From a virus, in UHGV virus genome UHGV-0148291: 35,747 nucleotides of DNA; one strand, given 5' to 3'. This document shows positions 16,961-23,964 of the stretch, one piece after another (positions within the stretch are counted from its first letter, which is position 1; the number at the start of each line of letters is the position of its first letter). The translations under genes and the position numbers were made by a program. A model generated the notes under the pieces. That model had not been told where the DNA came from. It made no database searches and saw only the letters and a list, made by a program, of their open reading frames with translations.

Positions 16961-17702
16961 GCTTCTCTTCCTCCGCTATCTTCTTTTTTAGATTCCTCTC
17001 CTTAACCATAATCCGATAGCACTTGTAACAAAGCACCTTCCCAAACACTTCAACGGTTCCCTTTATGGACTGCTCAACGGTTACTTCTTTGCCATCTGTA
17101 TTCGTAAAGGGAATAATTTCACTGCCGCATATCTCGCAGTGCTGCTTCAAGCCGTCCTTTGATTCCCCGTACTGATAGACCGGATTGTTAAACTTGTCCA
17201 CAATCACAAGGCGGTTGATCCGCCGCTTATCGTCGTACCCGATTTCGCTGACACGGTATGTTTCGTTTGGATATTCCGGTACATATCTCTTTTTGCCGCT
17301 TTTTGTCACGCCGTCCTCTCTTGTCGGCACCTTCAAAAAAATAAAAGGAGCGGAATATAACTCCCTGCCAATCCCCCAGCAGGAACCAGCTCTTTTGAAA
17401 GCGTCGGAAGCTTCGCCTTTTGTGGCATTTCCATCCTCGTCGTCACGGCTTTTGATTCCGCAGTCCTCTTTGGATATCCATACGCCCCGCCCTTCGTCAA
17501 AAATGGATATGGTACAGTATAAAACGCCTTTGACCTCCCGATGTTCCCGCCTCCAGTTAAACGGCCCGACCGTCTCGTCGAGGATCCGCATGTCTGTTCT
17601 GGCATTTTTGTAAGCCAGCATAATGATTCCGTTTTTCGCGCATTGCTTTATCTTTAAAGCAATATCATCCGGTTCCAGAAGAGGAAATTTCAACTCTTTC
17701 AC
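16920..17702 (-). CDS. Rad52/Sak-like single-strand annealing recombinase with C-terminal Zn-finger
   Basis: YKNAR..M.ILDETVGP.NW, WISKEDCG and KGEASDAFKRA...WGIGRELY motifs. GTG 17702 has SD GAGGAGGT. Confidence 0.85.
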   Translation of the reverse strand: MKELKFPLLEPDDIALKIKQCAKNGIIMLAYKNARTDMRILDETVGPFNWRREHREVKGVLYCTISIFDEGRGVWISKEDCGIKSRDDEDGNATKGEASDAFKRAGSCWGIGRELYSAPFIFLKVPTREDGVTKSGKKRYVPEYPNETYRVSEIGYDDKRRINRLVIVDKFNNPVYQYGESKDGLKQHCEICGSEIIPFTNTDGKEVTVEQSIKGTVEVFGKVLCYKCYRIMVKERNLKKKIAEEEKHAGKSECNRSESL

Positions 17703-17905
17703 TGCTCGCTTACCTCCTCGTAGTCCAGATTGCAATCGCATATGTAGCTTGGATTTCCGTAATCCATAACGATTTGCACGACATCCTCCGGTGACATGTC
17801 CACCATTTCGGCAAATACGTCCTTCGGGCTTAAAATGCCATCCTTTAATGCCGCCAAAAGCATATCGGGGTAATTCTCATATAATTCTTTATTTAATCGT
17901 AACAT
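17699..17905 (-). CDS. Hypothetical phage protein
   Basis: 68-aa ORF with SD AAGGAG. Confidence 0.7.
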   Translation of the reverse strand: MLRLNKELYENYPDMLLAALKDGILSPKDVFAEMVDMSPEDVVQIVMDYGNPSYICDCNLDYEEVSEQ

Positions 17906-17934
17906 TTGACAAAACTCCTTTTTTCGTCTATAAT
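17906..17934 (+). promoter_or_regulatory. Consensus sigmaA promoter antisense to the early operon
   Basis: TTGACA-17 nt-TATAAT. The spacer overlaps the SD of the 17699-17905 gene. Confidence 0.8.
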
Positions 17935-17939
17935 AACGG

Positions 17940-17995
17940 TGTAAAATCCCAAAAAATCTTTTAGAATTAGTCCTGTTCCAGCAGGGCTTTTTCTA
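17940..17995 (+). ncRNA. Putative antisense small RNA, about 55 nt; ends approximate
   Basis: Lies between the consensus promoter and the AGTCCTG-ttccag-CAGGGCT-TTTT terminator (17969-17992). Confidence 0.55.
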
Positions 17996-18169
17996 TTTTT
18001 CAGGATCCTTGAGGTATGCAAATTTGTACTCATAATTTCTACATGTATCCTTGTCTGATATCCTCGGACCTTCTCCCATTGTTTTCAGCCTGCAAACAAT
18101 CATATCTGGCAACTTCACACGGTATTTACACACACCGCATTTGCCTGTATTACTCGTCTTTGTCTTCAT
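17993..18169 (-). CDS. 58-aa Cys-containing hypothetical protein (MKTKTSNTGKCGVCKY...)
   Basis: Translated by hand. SD AAAGGA, CxxC...C...C pattern, overlaps the upstream ORF. Confidence 0.55.
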   Translation of the reverse strand: MKTKTSNTGKCGVCKYRVKLPDMIVCRLKTMGEGPRISDKDTCRNYEYKFAYLKDPEK

Positions 18170-18293
18170 TGCTGTCAGTTCCTTTCAGTCTTTCAATTTC
18201 TCGTTCCATCTTGTCCATCTGCCCCATAAAGCAGATGTTCCCAATCAGAGATACAATCAGCAGACAAGATATAAAAAATATGTATTGACTCAT
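18150..18293 (-). CDS. 47-aa single-TM protein (MSQYIFFISCLLIVSLIGNICF...)
   Basis: Translated by hand. SD AGGAGGT and ATGA coupling. Confidence 0.55.
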   Translation of the reverse strand: MSQYIFFISCLLIVSLIGNICFMGQMDKMEREIERLKGTDSNEDKDE

Positions 18294-18397
18294 CCTGCCA
18301 TACCTCCTGTCAGCGCCATCATACTGGCATATGTAATTAGTATGCTAAACGCCGTCATTAGCGTTACTCCTACAAGATTAATTAATATGTGTTTCAT
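18290..18397 (-). CDS. 35-aa hydrophobic peptide (MKHILINLVGVTLMTAFSILITYASMMALTGGMAG)
   Basis: Translated by hand. SD AAAGGAG. Confidence 0.55.
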   Translation of the reverse strand: MKHILINLVGVTLMTAFSILITYASMMALTGGMAG

Positions 18398-18399
18398 GG

Positions 18400-18627
18400 T
18401 TATGCTCCTTTCTTAATTTCTTTCCCATCCGGCGGGAAAAACAAATAAATTGCGCTATACGGTATTTCCGGCAAGTCACATATGCTATAAACCGTCTCCA
18501 TATCAAACGGGTGTAATCCCACAAATCTACTTGATATAAATGTCTTTGACTTACCGAGTTTCTTTGCGAGTTGCTCCTGTGTCATTTGATACTCCTTCAT
18601 GCGCCCTTTTAATTTTTTAAACGGCAT
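18400..18627 (-). CDS. Cro-like HTH protein (DUF739-like)
   Basis: KLKGRMKE..MTQEQLAKKLG....IS motif ending in FFP. Confidence 0.8.
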   Translation of the reverse strand: MPFKKLKGRMKEYQMTQEQLAKKLGKSKTFISSRFVGLHPFDMETVYSICDLPEIPYSAIYLFFPPDGKEIKKGA

Positions 18628-18648
18628 AGGCTTGTCCTCCTTTCTTCC

Positions 18649-18816
18649 TTATGTAATGATTTTTCCAACGAGCCTATAGCCGGGGCACTTCTCCTGTCCA
18701 CAGTTATACGGTTCTTTTTTTACCCAGCAATCACAAATTTCATTTAATTTTTCTGAGCACTTCACACAAAAATTCGCTCCGTTTTTATTTTGGAATCCAC
18801 AATTTTTGCATTTCAT
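18649..18816 (-). CDS. 55-aa zinc-ribbon protein (MKCKNCGFQN...NFCVKC...)
   Basis: Translated by hand. CxxCG..N...FCxxC motif plus four further Cys, strong SD. Confidence 0.7.
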   Translation of the reverse strand: MKCKNCGFQNKNGANFCVKCSEKLNEICDCWVKKEPYNCGQEKCPGYRLVGKIIT

Positions 18817-18864
18817 CCCTCCCCCTCCTTCCTATGTATTTCTTTCCTTCTCAGATGGATTTTT

Positions 18865-19029
18865 TCATTCCTCCATCAGATTTTCAAGAACATCAAGAAT
18901 TTCTCTTTCCTCCTGAAATTCACTTTCCAGCCCTCTTTTCGGCTTCGTCATGAGATAATTCGCCGCACATTCAAATAATCTTTGCTGTGAACGGTCTATC
19001 AGTATTTCAAGCACTTGTTTTTTGTTCAT
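18865..19029 (-). CDS. Hypothetical early protein
   Basis: SD AAAGGAGG before ATG 19029. Confidence 0.65.
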   Translation of the reverse strand: MNKKQVLEILIDRSQQRLFECAANYLMTKPKRGLESEFQEEREILDVLENLMEE

Positions 19030-19042
19030 TTGGCTTCCTCCT

Positions 19043-19243
19043 TTAACTGCTTTTTCTTTCATCTTTAAATAGATCTTCGATTCGGCAATTCAGAATTTCC
19101 GCAAGTTTTGGTAGTTTGTCTGAACGCGGCATTGCTTCTCCTGTTTCCCATTTTGCGACTGTGCTTTGACTGATGCCAAAAATCTTGGAAATAGATTCTT
19201 GCGTAAGATTATTTTTTTCTCTTAAAAATTTAATATTATTCAT
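19043..19243 (-). CDS. cro: Cro-like XRE regulator
   Basis: LTQE.IS..FGISQSTVAKWETG..MPR motif, divergent from cI. Start re-called at ATG 19243. Confidence 0.85.
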   Translation of the reverse strand: MNNIKFLREKNNLTQESISKIFGISQSTVAKWETGEAMPRSDKLPKLAEILNCRIEDLFKDERKSS

Positions 19244-19262
19244 ATCTTTCACCCCCTTAAAT

Positions 19263-19402
19263 ATGAACTTTACCCATATTATAAACGAACACAGCTCATA
19301 CGTCAATAGATAAAATGGAAATTAATCATATTTATTTGTGATTTACCTATTGAAGTTTATGGATAGATTTCATATAATCATATTGTAATGAATTAAATTC
19401 AT
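19263..19402. promoter_or_regulatory. Lysis/lysogeny switch: five 15-bp operators and two divergent promoters
   Basis: ATGAA-N5-TTCAT-like sites at 19263-19277, 19285-19299, 19315-19329, 19359-19373 and 19388-19402 (perfect palindrome). P-cro is TTGACG-17-TATAAT (minus, 19278-19306). P-cI is TTGAAG-17-TATAAT (plus, 19350-19378). Confidence 0.8.
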
Positions 19403-19420
19403 ATTTGAGAAGGTGGGCGT

Positions 19421-20029
19421 ATGTTTGGCGAACGCATAAAAGAATTAAGAAAAAGGTACAAAATGACACAAAAACAATTAGCCGAAAAACTGTTTATAGA
19501 CCAAACAGCAGTTAGCTATTGGGAAAGTGGAAAAACAAAGCCTGATTTTGAAAAACAACAATTACTTGCAGATCTATTCAATGTCTCAGTTGATTATCTT
19601 CTTGGCAGAGACACAGTTCAGACCAATCGTCAGAAAGGAATAATGGTTCCTGTCCTCGGAAAAGTAGTTGCCGGAATCCCGTTGGAAGCCGTAGAAGAAA
19701 TACTTGACTATGAAGAAATCCAAAATGATATGGTTGAACAAGGAGAACATTTTGCGCTCCAAATCAAAGGAAACAGTATGGAGCCCAAATTTTCTGAAGG
19801 CGATGTGGTGATCGTAAGAAAACAACCTAATGTTGATACCGGAGATATCGCTGTTGTTTTAGTAAATGGAAACGAAGCAACCGTAAAGAAAATAAAAAAA
19901 CGTCCTGATGGAGTTATGCTTGTTCCAACAAATCCCGAATATGAAGTGATGTTTTACAATAATGCTGAAATTCAATCACTTCCGGTTACCATTCTTGGAA
20001 AAGTAGTTGAATTAAGAGCTAAATTTTAA
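19421..20029 (+). CDS. cI: CI-like repressor (XRE HTH + S24 autopeptidase)
   Basis: HTH, VVAG cleavage site, GNSMEP catalytic Ser, ATVKK catalytic Lys. Confidence 0.95.
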   Translation: MFGERIKELRKRYKMTQKQLAEKLFIDQTAVSYWESGKTKPDFEKQQLLADLFNVSVDYLLGRDTVQTNRQKGIMVPVLGKVVAGIPLEAVEEILDYEEIQNDMVEQGEHFALQIKGNSMEPKFSEGDVVIVRKQPNVDTGDIAVVLVNGNEATVKKIKKRPDGVMLVPTNPEYEVMFYNNAEIQSLPVTILGKVVELRAKF

Positions 20030-20054
20030 ATTTTATATAAGGAGCGGATAAAAA

Positions 20055-21050
20055 ATGAAAAAAACAATTGCAATGATAGTAATGCTTATTATTGCGTGCA
20101 TCTCTTTTGTTGGGTGTGGAAAAGAAATAACTCTTAATCTCGCATACGGAGATCGTACAGGGACTTATTCCGGTGATTTGGTTAATGGAATTCCGAACGG
20201 AAAAGGTAAATTCACAACAAAAAATACTGATGGCGAAAGTTGGACTTATGAAGGAGAATTTAAAAACGGTCACTTCAATGGAGAAGGACAAATCACTTGG
20301 GAAAGCGGATATGCAGAAATAGGAACATACAAAGATGATGTCATTGTACCACTAAAAGGAGATGAGATTAAAACATTACACACATATCCAGAAAATTTTA
20401 AAAACCGAAGTGTTGAAATTGTAGGAAAAGTATTTGGAGAACCAGAATACACAAATGATTTAGTAGCATTCCAAATGTGGTCAGATTTAAAAAATTCAAC
20501 AGGTAATATAATTGTGTATATTAAAGACAAAGAATTTAAAGTTAATTCAAACGATTATTTAAAAATAACAGGAACAGTTGGGGATTCATTTAAAGGTTCA
20601 AACTCATTCGGAGGAGAGATAAGCGCACCTACTATAACAGCAAGAAGTTATGAAAAAATCAGCTACAAAGATGCTGTTTCACCTACATTAAAAAGCATAG
20701 AAGTCAATCAAACTCAAACACAGCATGGATATTCTGTCACTGTTCAAAAGATAGAAATTGCAAAAGAAGAAACAAGAGCCTACATCAAAGTATATAATGG
20801 GGGTTCATCGAGATTTAATCTATACAGTTTCAATTCAAAAATTACTCAAAACGGGAAACAGTATGATCAAGAAAATAACTATGAAGCGGATTATCCAAAA
20901 GTACAAACAGACCTATTAATTATGAATTCAACAGAAGGAATAATTACATTCCCAGCTATTGAAGAAGAAGCGTTTTTGATGGTTTTAGAAGGAAGATCTG
21001 AAAATTGGAATGAAAAGTTTACACCATATTCATTTATAATTGAAGTGTAA
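20055..21050 (+). CDS. Lipoprotein with MORN-like repeats, candidate superinfection exclusion factor
   Basis: Signal peptide with lipobox FVGC, YSGDLVNGIPNGKG and YEGEFKNGHFNGEG repeats, located between cI and int. Confidence 0.75.
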   Translation: MKKTIAMIVMLIIACISFVGCGKEITLNLAYGDRTGTYSGDLVNGIPNGKGKFTTKNTDGESWTYEGEFKNGHFNGEGQITWESGYAEIGTYKDDVIVPLKGDEIKTLHTYPENFKNRSVEIVGKVFGEPEYTNDLVAFQMWSDLKNSTGNIIVYIKDKEFKVNSNDYLKITGTVGDSFKGSNSFGGEISAPTITARSYEKISYKDAVSPTLKSIEVNQTQTQHGYSVTVQKIEIAKEETRAYIKVYNGGSSRFNLYSFNSKITQNGKQYDQENNYEADYPKVQTDLLIMNSTEGIITFPAIEEEAFLMVLEGRSENWNEKFTPYSFIIEV

Positions 21051-21057
21051 CTAATAA

Positions 21058-21128
21058 ATATCCCCCGACTGCTACCAACAGCCGAGGGATAAGGGGAATT
21101 GTGTGGTTCAACACAATCCATTAAGACG
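21058..21128 (-). ncRNA. Putative antisense RNA / structured leader upstream of the integrase
   Basis: Two hairpins (21058-21091 and 21098-21117) downstream of a minus-strand promoter. Confidence 0.5.
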
Positions 21129-21133
21129 GATTT

Positions 21134-21163
21134 ATTATACCACACTACACCCCTATTTTGCAA
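21134..21163 (-). promoter_or_regulatory. Promoter antisense to the integrase leader
   Basis: TTGCAA-18 nt-TATAAT with extended -10 TG. Confidence 0.6.
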
Positions 21164-21188
21164 TACAAAAAAAGGAGTGTATTTTTTT

Positions 21189-22298
21189 ATGTCCGAAAGA
21201 ACAAACACCGCAAGATGGGTGGAAAACCGAAAACATTGGAGAATTGATGTCCAAAGAGACGGAATCAGAAAGCCGTTCTACTCTTCCACACCCGGAAGAA
21301 AAGGACAAAGGGAATGTAATGCCAAAGCGGATAAATGGCTGGAAAAAGGAATTGTAGATCTAAAAATAAAAACAAAAGATGCCTATGAAAATTTTTTAGC
21401 TTATATGTTAGAAAACAAGAAATCCGATGATCAGATTAAAAAGTATAAAAGACAAGGAAAGTATCACATTTTGCCTATCATCGGAAATAAAAGGGTGGTA
21501 GATTTAGATAATGAAGATTTACAAGAAATCATAGATAAAGCATATAATCACAAGGATAAAAACAAGCCTTTGGCGAAAAAAAGCTATGCAAACATCAGAG
21601 AGGCTATTTCTGCATTTATGAAGTATTGCAGACGCAAAAAAATATCAAATCTGATTCCAGAAATAGAAATCCCCAAAAATGCTCCAGAAGGAAAAAGAAC
21701 AATTTTACAGCCTGACGATATTAAAACTCTATTTTCAAAGGATTATACATTGCTTTACAACAAAGAGACGTTGGATATCTATGTAAACGCTTATCGCTTT
21801 GAGGTTGCTACAGGTCTTAGACCGGGCGAAATGAAAGGGTTAAAATGGGCTGATATTGATGGCAACAAAGTCAGTTTGAAAAGAAGCATAAACTATAAAA
21901 ATGAAACGACCACAGGAAAAAATAAGAACGCTGTGAGGTCATTCTATCTCAACTCCACTTCCATGATGATTCTCGAAATGCAGAAAAAACTAATGGAACA
22001 CTTAAAAATAGAATCAGAGTATGTATTTCCGAACAAATACGGAGAAGCCGCAAATCAAAGCTCGTATTCTAAGCGATGGAACATATACAGAGATTATCAC
22101 GGATTATCAGGGGCGACAACATACGAGTTAAGACATACTTTTGTTTCCATTGTTAAAACTCTGCCGGAGGGATTATTAAAATCCCTGATAGGTCATAGCA
22201 AAGATATGGACACTTATGGCGTGTACTCCCATGAGGTTGTTGGAGATGCGGAATATACTGCATCGGAAGTAGATAAGATATTTAAAAAAATTTTATAA
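21189..22298 (+). CDS. int: Tyrosine integrase
   Basis: TGLRPGE, YELRHT (HxxR variant), LIGHS and VYSH catalytic motifs. SD AAAGGAG before ATG 21189. Confidence 0.93.
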   Translation: MSERTNTARWVENRKHWRIDVQRDGIRKPFYSSTPGRKGQRECNAKADKWLEKGIVDLKIKTKDAYENFLAYMLENKKSDDQIKKYKRQGKYHILPIIGNKRVVDLDNEDLQEIIDKAYNHKDKNKPLAKKSYANIREAISAFMKYCRRKKISNLIPEIEIPKNAPEGKRTILQPDDIKTLFSKDYTLLYNKETLDIYVNAYRFEVATGLRPGEMKGLKWADIDGNKVSLKRSINYKNETTTGKNKNAVRSFYLNSTSMMILEMQKKLMEHLKIESEYVFPNKYGEAANQSSYSKRWNIYRDYHGLSGATTYELRHTFVSIVKTLPEGLLKSLIGHSKDMDTYGVYSHEVVGDAEYTASEVDKIFKKIL

Positions 22299-22342
22299 AA
22301 AAGAATGTGCGGTATTTAGTGCGGTATTTCATAAAAAACAAA

Positions 22343-22380
22343 CACCCTATAACGCTTATACTCCTAGACGTTGTAGGGTG
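22343..22380 (-). terminator. Replacement terminator for the target RNA gene after integration
   Basis: CACCCTATAACG/CGTTGTAGGGTG stem followed on the minus strand by TTTGTTTTTT, just 3' of the CCA end. Confidence 0.6.
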
Positions 22381-22386
22381 TCTTAA

Positions 22387-22410
22387 TGGTGGAGGCGAGG
22401 AGAGTCGAAC
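22387..22410 (-). other. attP core: 3' fragment of tmRNA (ssrA) or tRNA-Ala
   Basis: Minus strand GTTCGACTCTCCTCGCCTCCACCA: T-loop, T-stem strand, acceptor strand CGCCTCC (U70 for a G3:U70 pair), discriminator A and CCA. The 5' part of the gene is absent. Confidence 0.85.
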
Positions 22411-22552
22411 GCCTAATATTTTATTTTTACAAAAATACAATTTAACGCAATCACGGTACTATCTAAGGATAAATCAATTTTCATATTTTTGTAAAATTAC
22501 TGCGTACCATACTCAAAATATAAAAAGTGCGGTATAAAGTGCGGTACAAATA

Positions 22553-22615
22553 TCAATCCACCAGCACAAAATCAATAAGCAAATCAGCACCTAAATAGTC
22601 GGCTATTTGTTGTAA
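22553..22615 (-). pseudogene. Possible C-terminal remnant of an XRE-type gene (LQQIADYLGADLLIDFVLVD*)
   Basis: The hand translation resembles the last helix and strand of small XRE proteins. No start or SD, and it is cut off by the moron terminator. Confidence 0.3.
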
Positions 22616-22618
22616 TAG

Positions 22619-22643
22619 AAAAGCCCAGCGATTAAGCTGGGCT
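22619..22643 (-). terminator. Terminator of the moron pair
   Basis: Minus strand AGCCCAGC-ttaatc-GCTGGGCT followed by TTT. Confidence 0.75.
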
Positions 22644-22649
22644 CAACTC

Positions 22650-23171
22650 TTAAGATGCAATTATAATTGTAATCACCATTGCCGCAATTCCGACTATAGT
22701 TGCTATAGCAACTCCAATAAAACTCTGCGAAGCATTGCGGATATTTTTCTCGTTCGCATCCATTTTGTCGAGTATATAATCTTTTAGATTATCAATTTTT
22801 TGGTTTTGCAAACTTATTTTATCATCAATTTTATTTGCTATATCTTCCATTTTATCATTCTGCGAACTAATCATATCCTCTATACGATTGAGTCTCACAT
22901 CCATACGTGATTCTACTTTTGACAAATCAGATTTTAACTCGGAGTTGCTTTCTCTAACTGATGTTTTGAACTCTGACATATCTTTGTCCATTTTATCAAT
23001 ATATTTTTCCAAAATTTTATCGTTGTCCATAAAATCACCTCTCTCGTATAATTGATTCACAAACGATAAACTTGCTTTATTATTATTATTATTATGTTTA
23101 TTGTTATTATTATATGCCTTTAAACTAATTATTTTATTATCTGAATCATTATTTTTATATACTGTGTTCAT
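22650..23171 (-). CDS. Moron: coiled-coil protein with C-terminal TM helix
   Basis: Heptad-like central region and FIGVAIATIVGIAAMVITIIIAS tail. Alternative start ATG 23030 has SD GAGAGGTGA. Confidence 0.75.
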   Translation of the reverse strand: MNTVYKNNDSDNKIISLKAYNNNNKHNNNNNKASLSFVNQLYERGDFMDNDKILEKYIDKMDKDMSEFKTSVRESNSELKSDLSKVESRMDVRLNRIEDMISSQNDKMEDIANKIDDKISLQNQKIDNLKDYILDKMDANEKNIRNASQSFIGVAIATIVGIAAMVITIIIAS

Positions 23172-23175
23172 ACGA

Positions 23176-23742
23176 TCATTCCTCGATTTTGTTAACCTTT
23201 TTCAGTGATTCTACCAAAAAATCAATATCATACGAATTTAAGTTAAGGTCAAACATAGATTGATCGTTTCTTATTAGGAATATTTTGACGTAACCATTTT
23301 GATTACTTCCACAAACTACTTTTCGAATGCCAAGAGGATTAGGAGCGTTATAAATTTGGTTTAATGTTGGTTCTACCGTTCCATTAAAAGCCTTCAATTC
23401 ATTTTTAAAATTTAATACTAAAATTGTTTTTCTTTCTTCCTCTATTCCATCAAAAAACTCATAATATCCACATGGTTCTCCTTCTCTGTAGAAAATTGAT
23501 GTTTTAGGATCCCAATCCATTCGTTCATCATTAATATATTTTGAATTATATGAAAAAGAAGTAAGAGATTCTCCTAATATATTACAAACAGCTTTATCCA
23601 GATCATCAAAGTTAGCTGGGTAATCTTTTCTCTTTTCAAAATAATTTATTATTTGTAGTGCTTTAACAAATATAAAAGGATCGTTTATATATCTTTTAAA
23701 AACATCTCCGTAATATGAAAAAAATATTGTCTCCATTCTCAT
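23176..23742 (-). CDS. Moron: hypothetical soluble protein; start uncertain
   Basis: 188-aa AT-rich ORF. The best SD points to an out-of-frame ATG at 23749. Confidence 0.7.
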   Translation of the reverse strand: MRMETIFFSYYGDVFKRYINDPFIFVKALQIINYFEKRKDYPANFDDLDKAVCNILGESLTSFSYNSKYINDERMDWDPKTSIFYREGEPCGYYEFFDGIEEERKTILVLNFKNELKAFNGTVEPTLNQIYNAPNPLGIRKVVCGSNQNGYVKIFLIRNDQSMFDLNLNSYDIDFLVESLKKVNKIEE

Positions 23743-23781
23743 ACGCCATAATGTGTTTTCCTCCGTTATATATTTGTCTAA

Positions 23782-23810
23782 ATTATATAACTTTATGAGA
23801 GGTTTTTCAA
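23782..23810 (-). promoter_or_regulatory. sigmaA promoter of the moron pair
   Basis: TTGAAA-17 nt-TATAAT on the minus strand. Confidence 0.7.
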
Positions 23811-23904
23811 GTTTTTTATAAAGATTACTATGATTTTTATGCTATATTTCTTATATTTTGTAGTTAAACTCTAAACTATTTTCAACCTGACATGCCATGA
23901 CCTA

Positions 23905-23945
23905 AAAACAAAAAATGCCCCCACAGCCATAAAACTGTGAGGGCT
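23905..23945 (-). terminator. Late-operon terminator after the endolysin
   Basis: Minus strand GCCCTCACAGT-tttatg-GCTGTGGGGGC followed by ATTTTTTGTTTTT. Confidence 0.75.
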
Positions 23946-23964
23946 ATCTTTTTAATGGTCTATA

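Larger units (their letters stand above)
22307..22546. other. attP region with integrase arm-type sites
   Basis: GTGCGGTA pairs with a 12-bp period on both sides of the core: 22307-22314/22319-22326 and 22527-22534/22539-22546. Confidence 0.8.

Noticed and set aside
21099..21188. N-terminal extension of the integrase from GTG 21099
   Set aside because: The region holds hairpins and an antisense promoter, and the strong SD precedes ATG 21189.
22387..22410. Complete tRNA or tmRNA gene
   Set aside because: Only the T-loop-to-CCA portion is present, with no 5' acceptor strand, D arm or anticodon arm. It is the attP core.
22307..22537. 76-aa plus-strand ORF after int
   Set aside because: It runs across the attP arm sites, terminator and core, and has no SD. 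It is most likely spurious.
22307..22546. Mini-CRISPR array from the GTGCGGTA repeats
   Set aside because: The repeats are 8 bp with a 12-bp period and flank the att core, as expected for integrase arm sites. There are no spacers and no cas genes.
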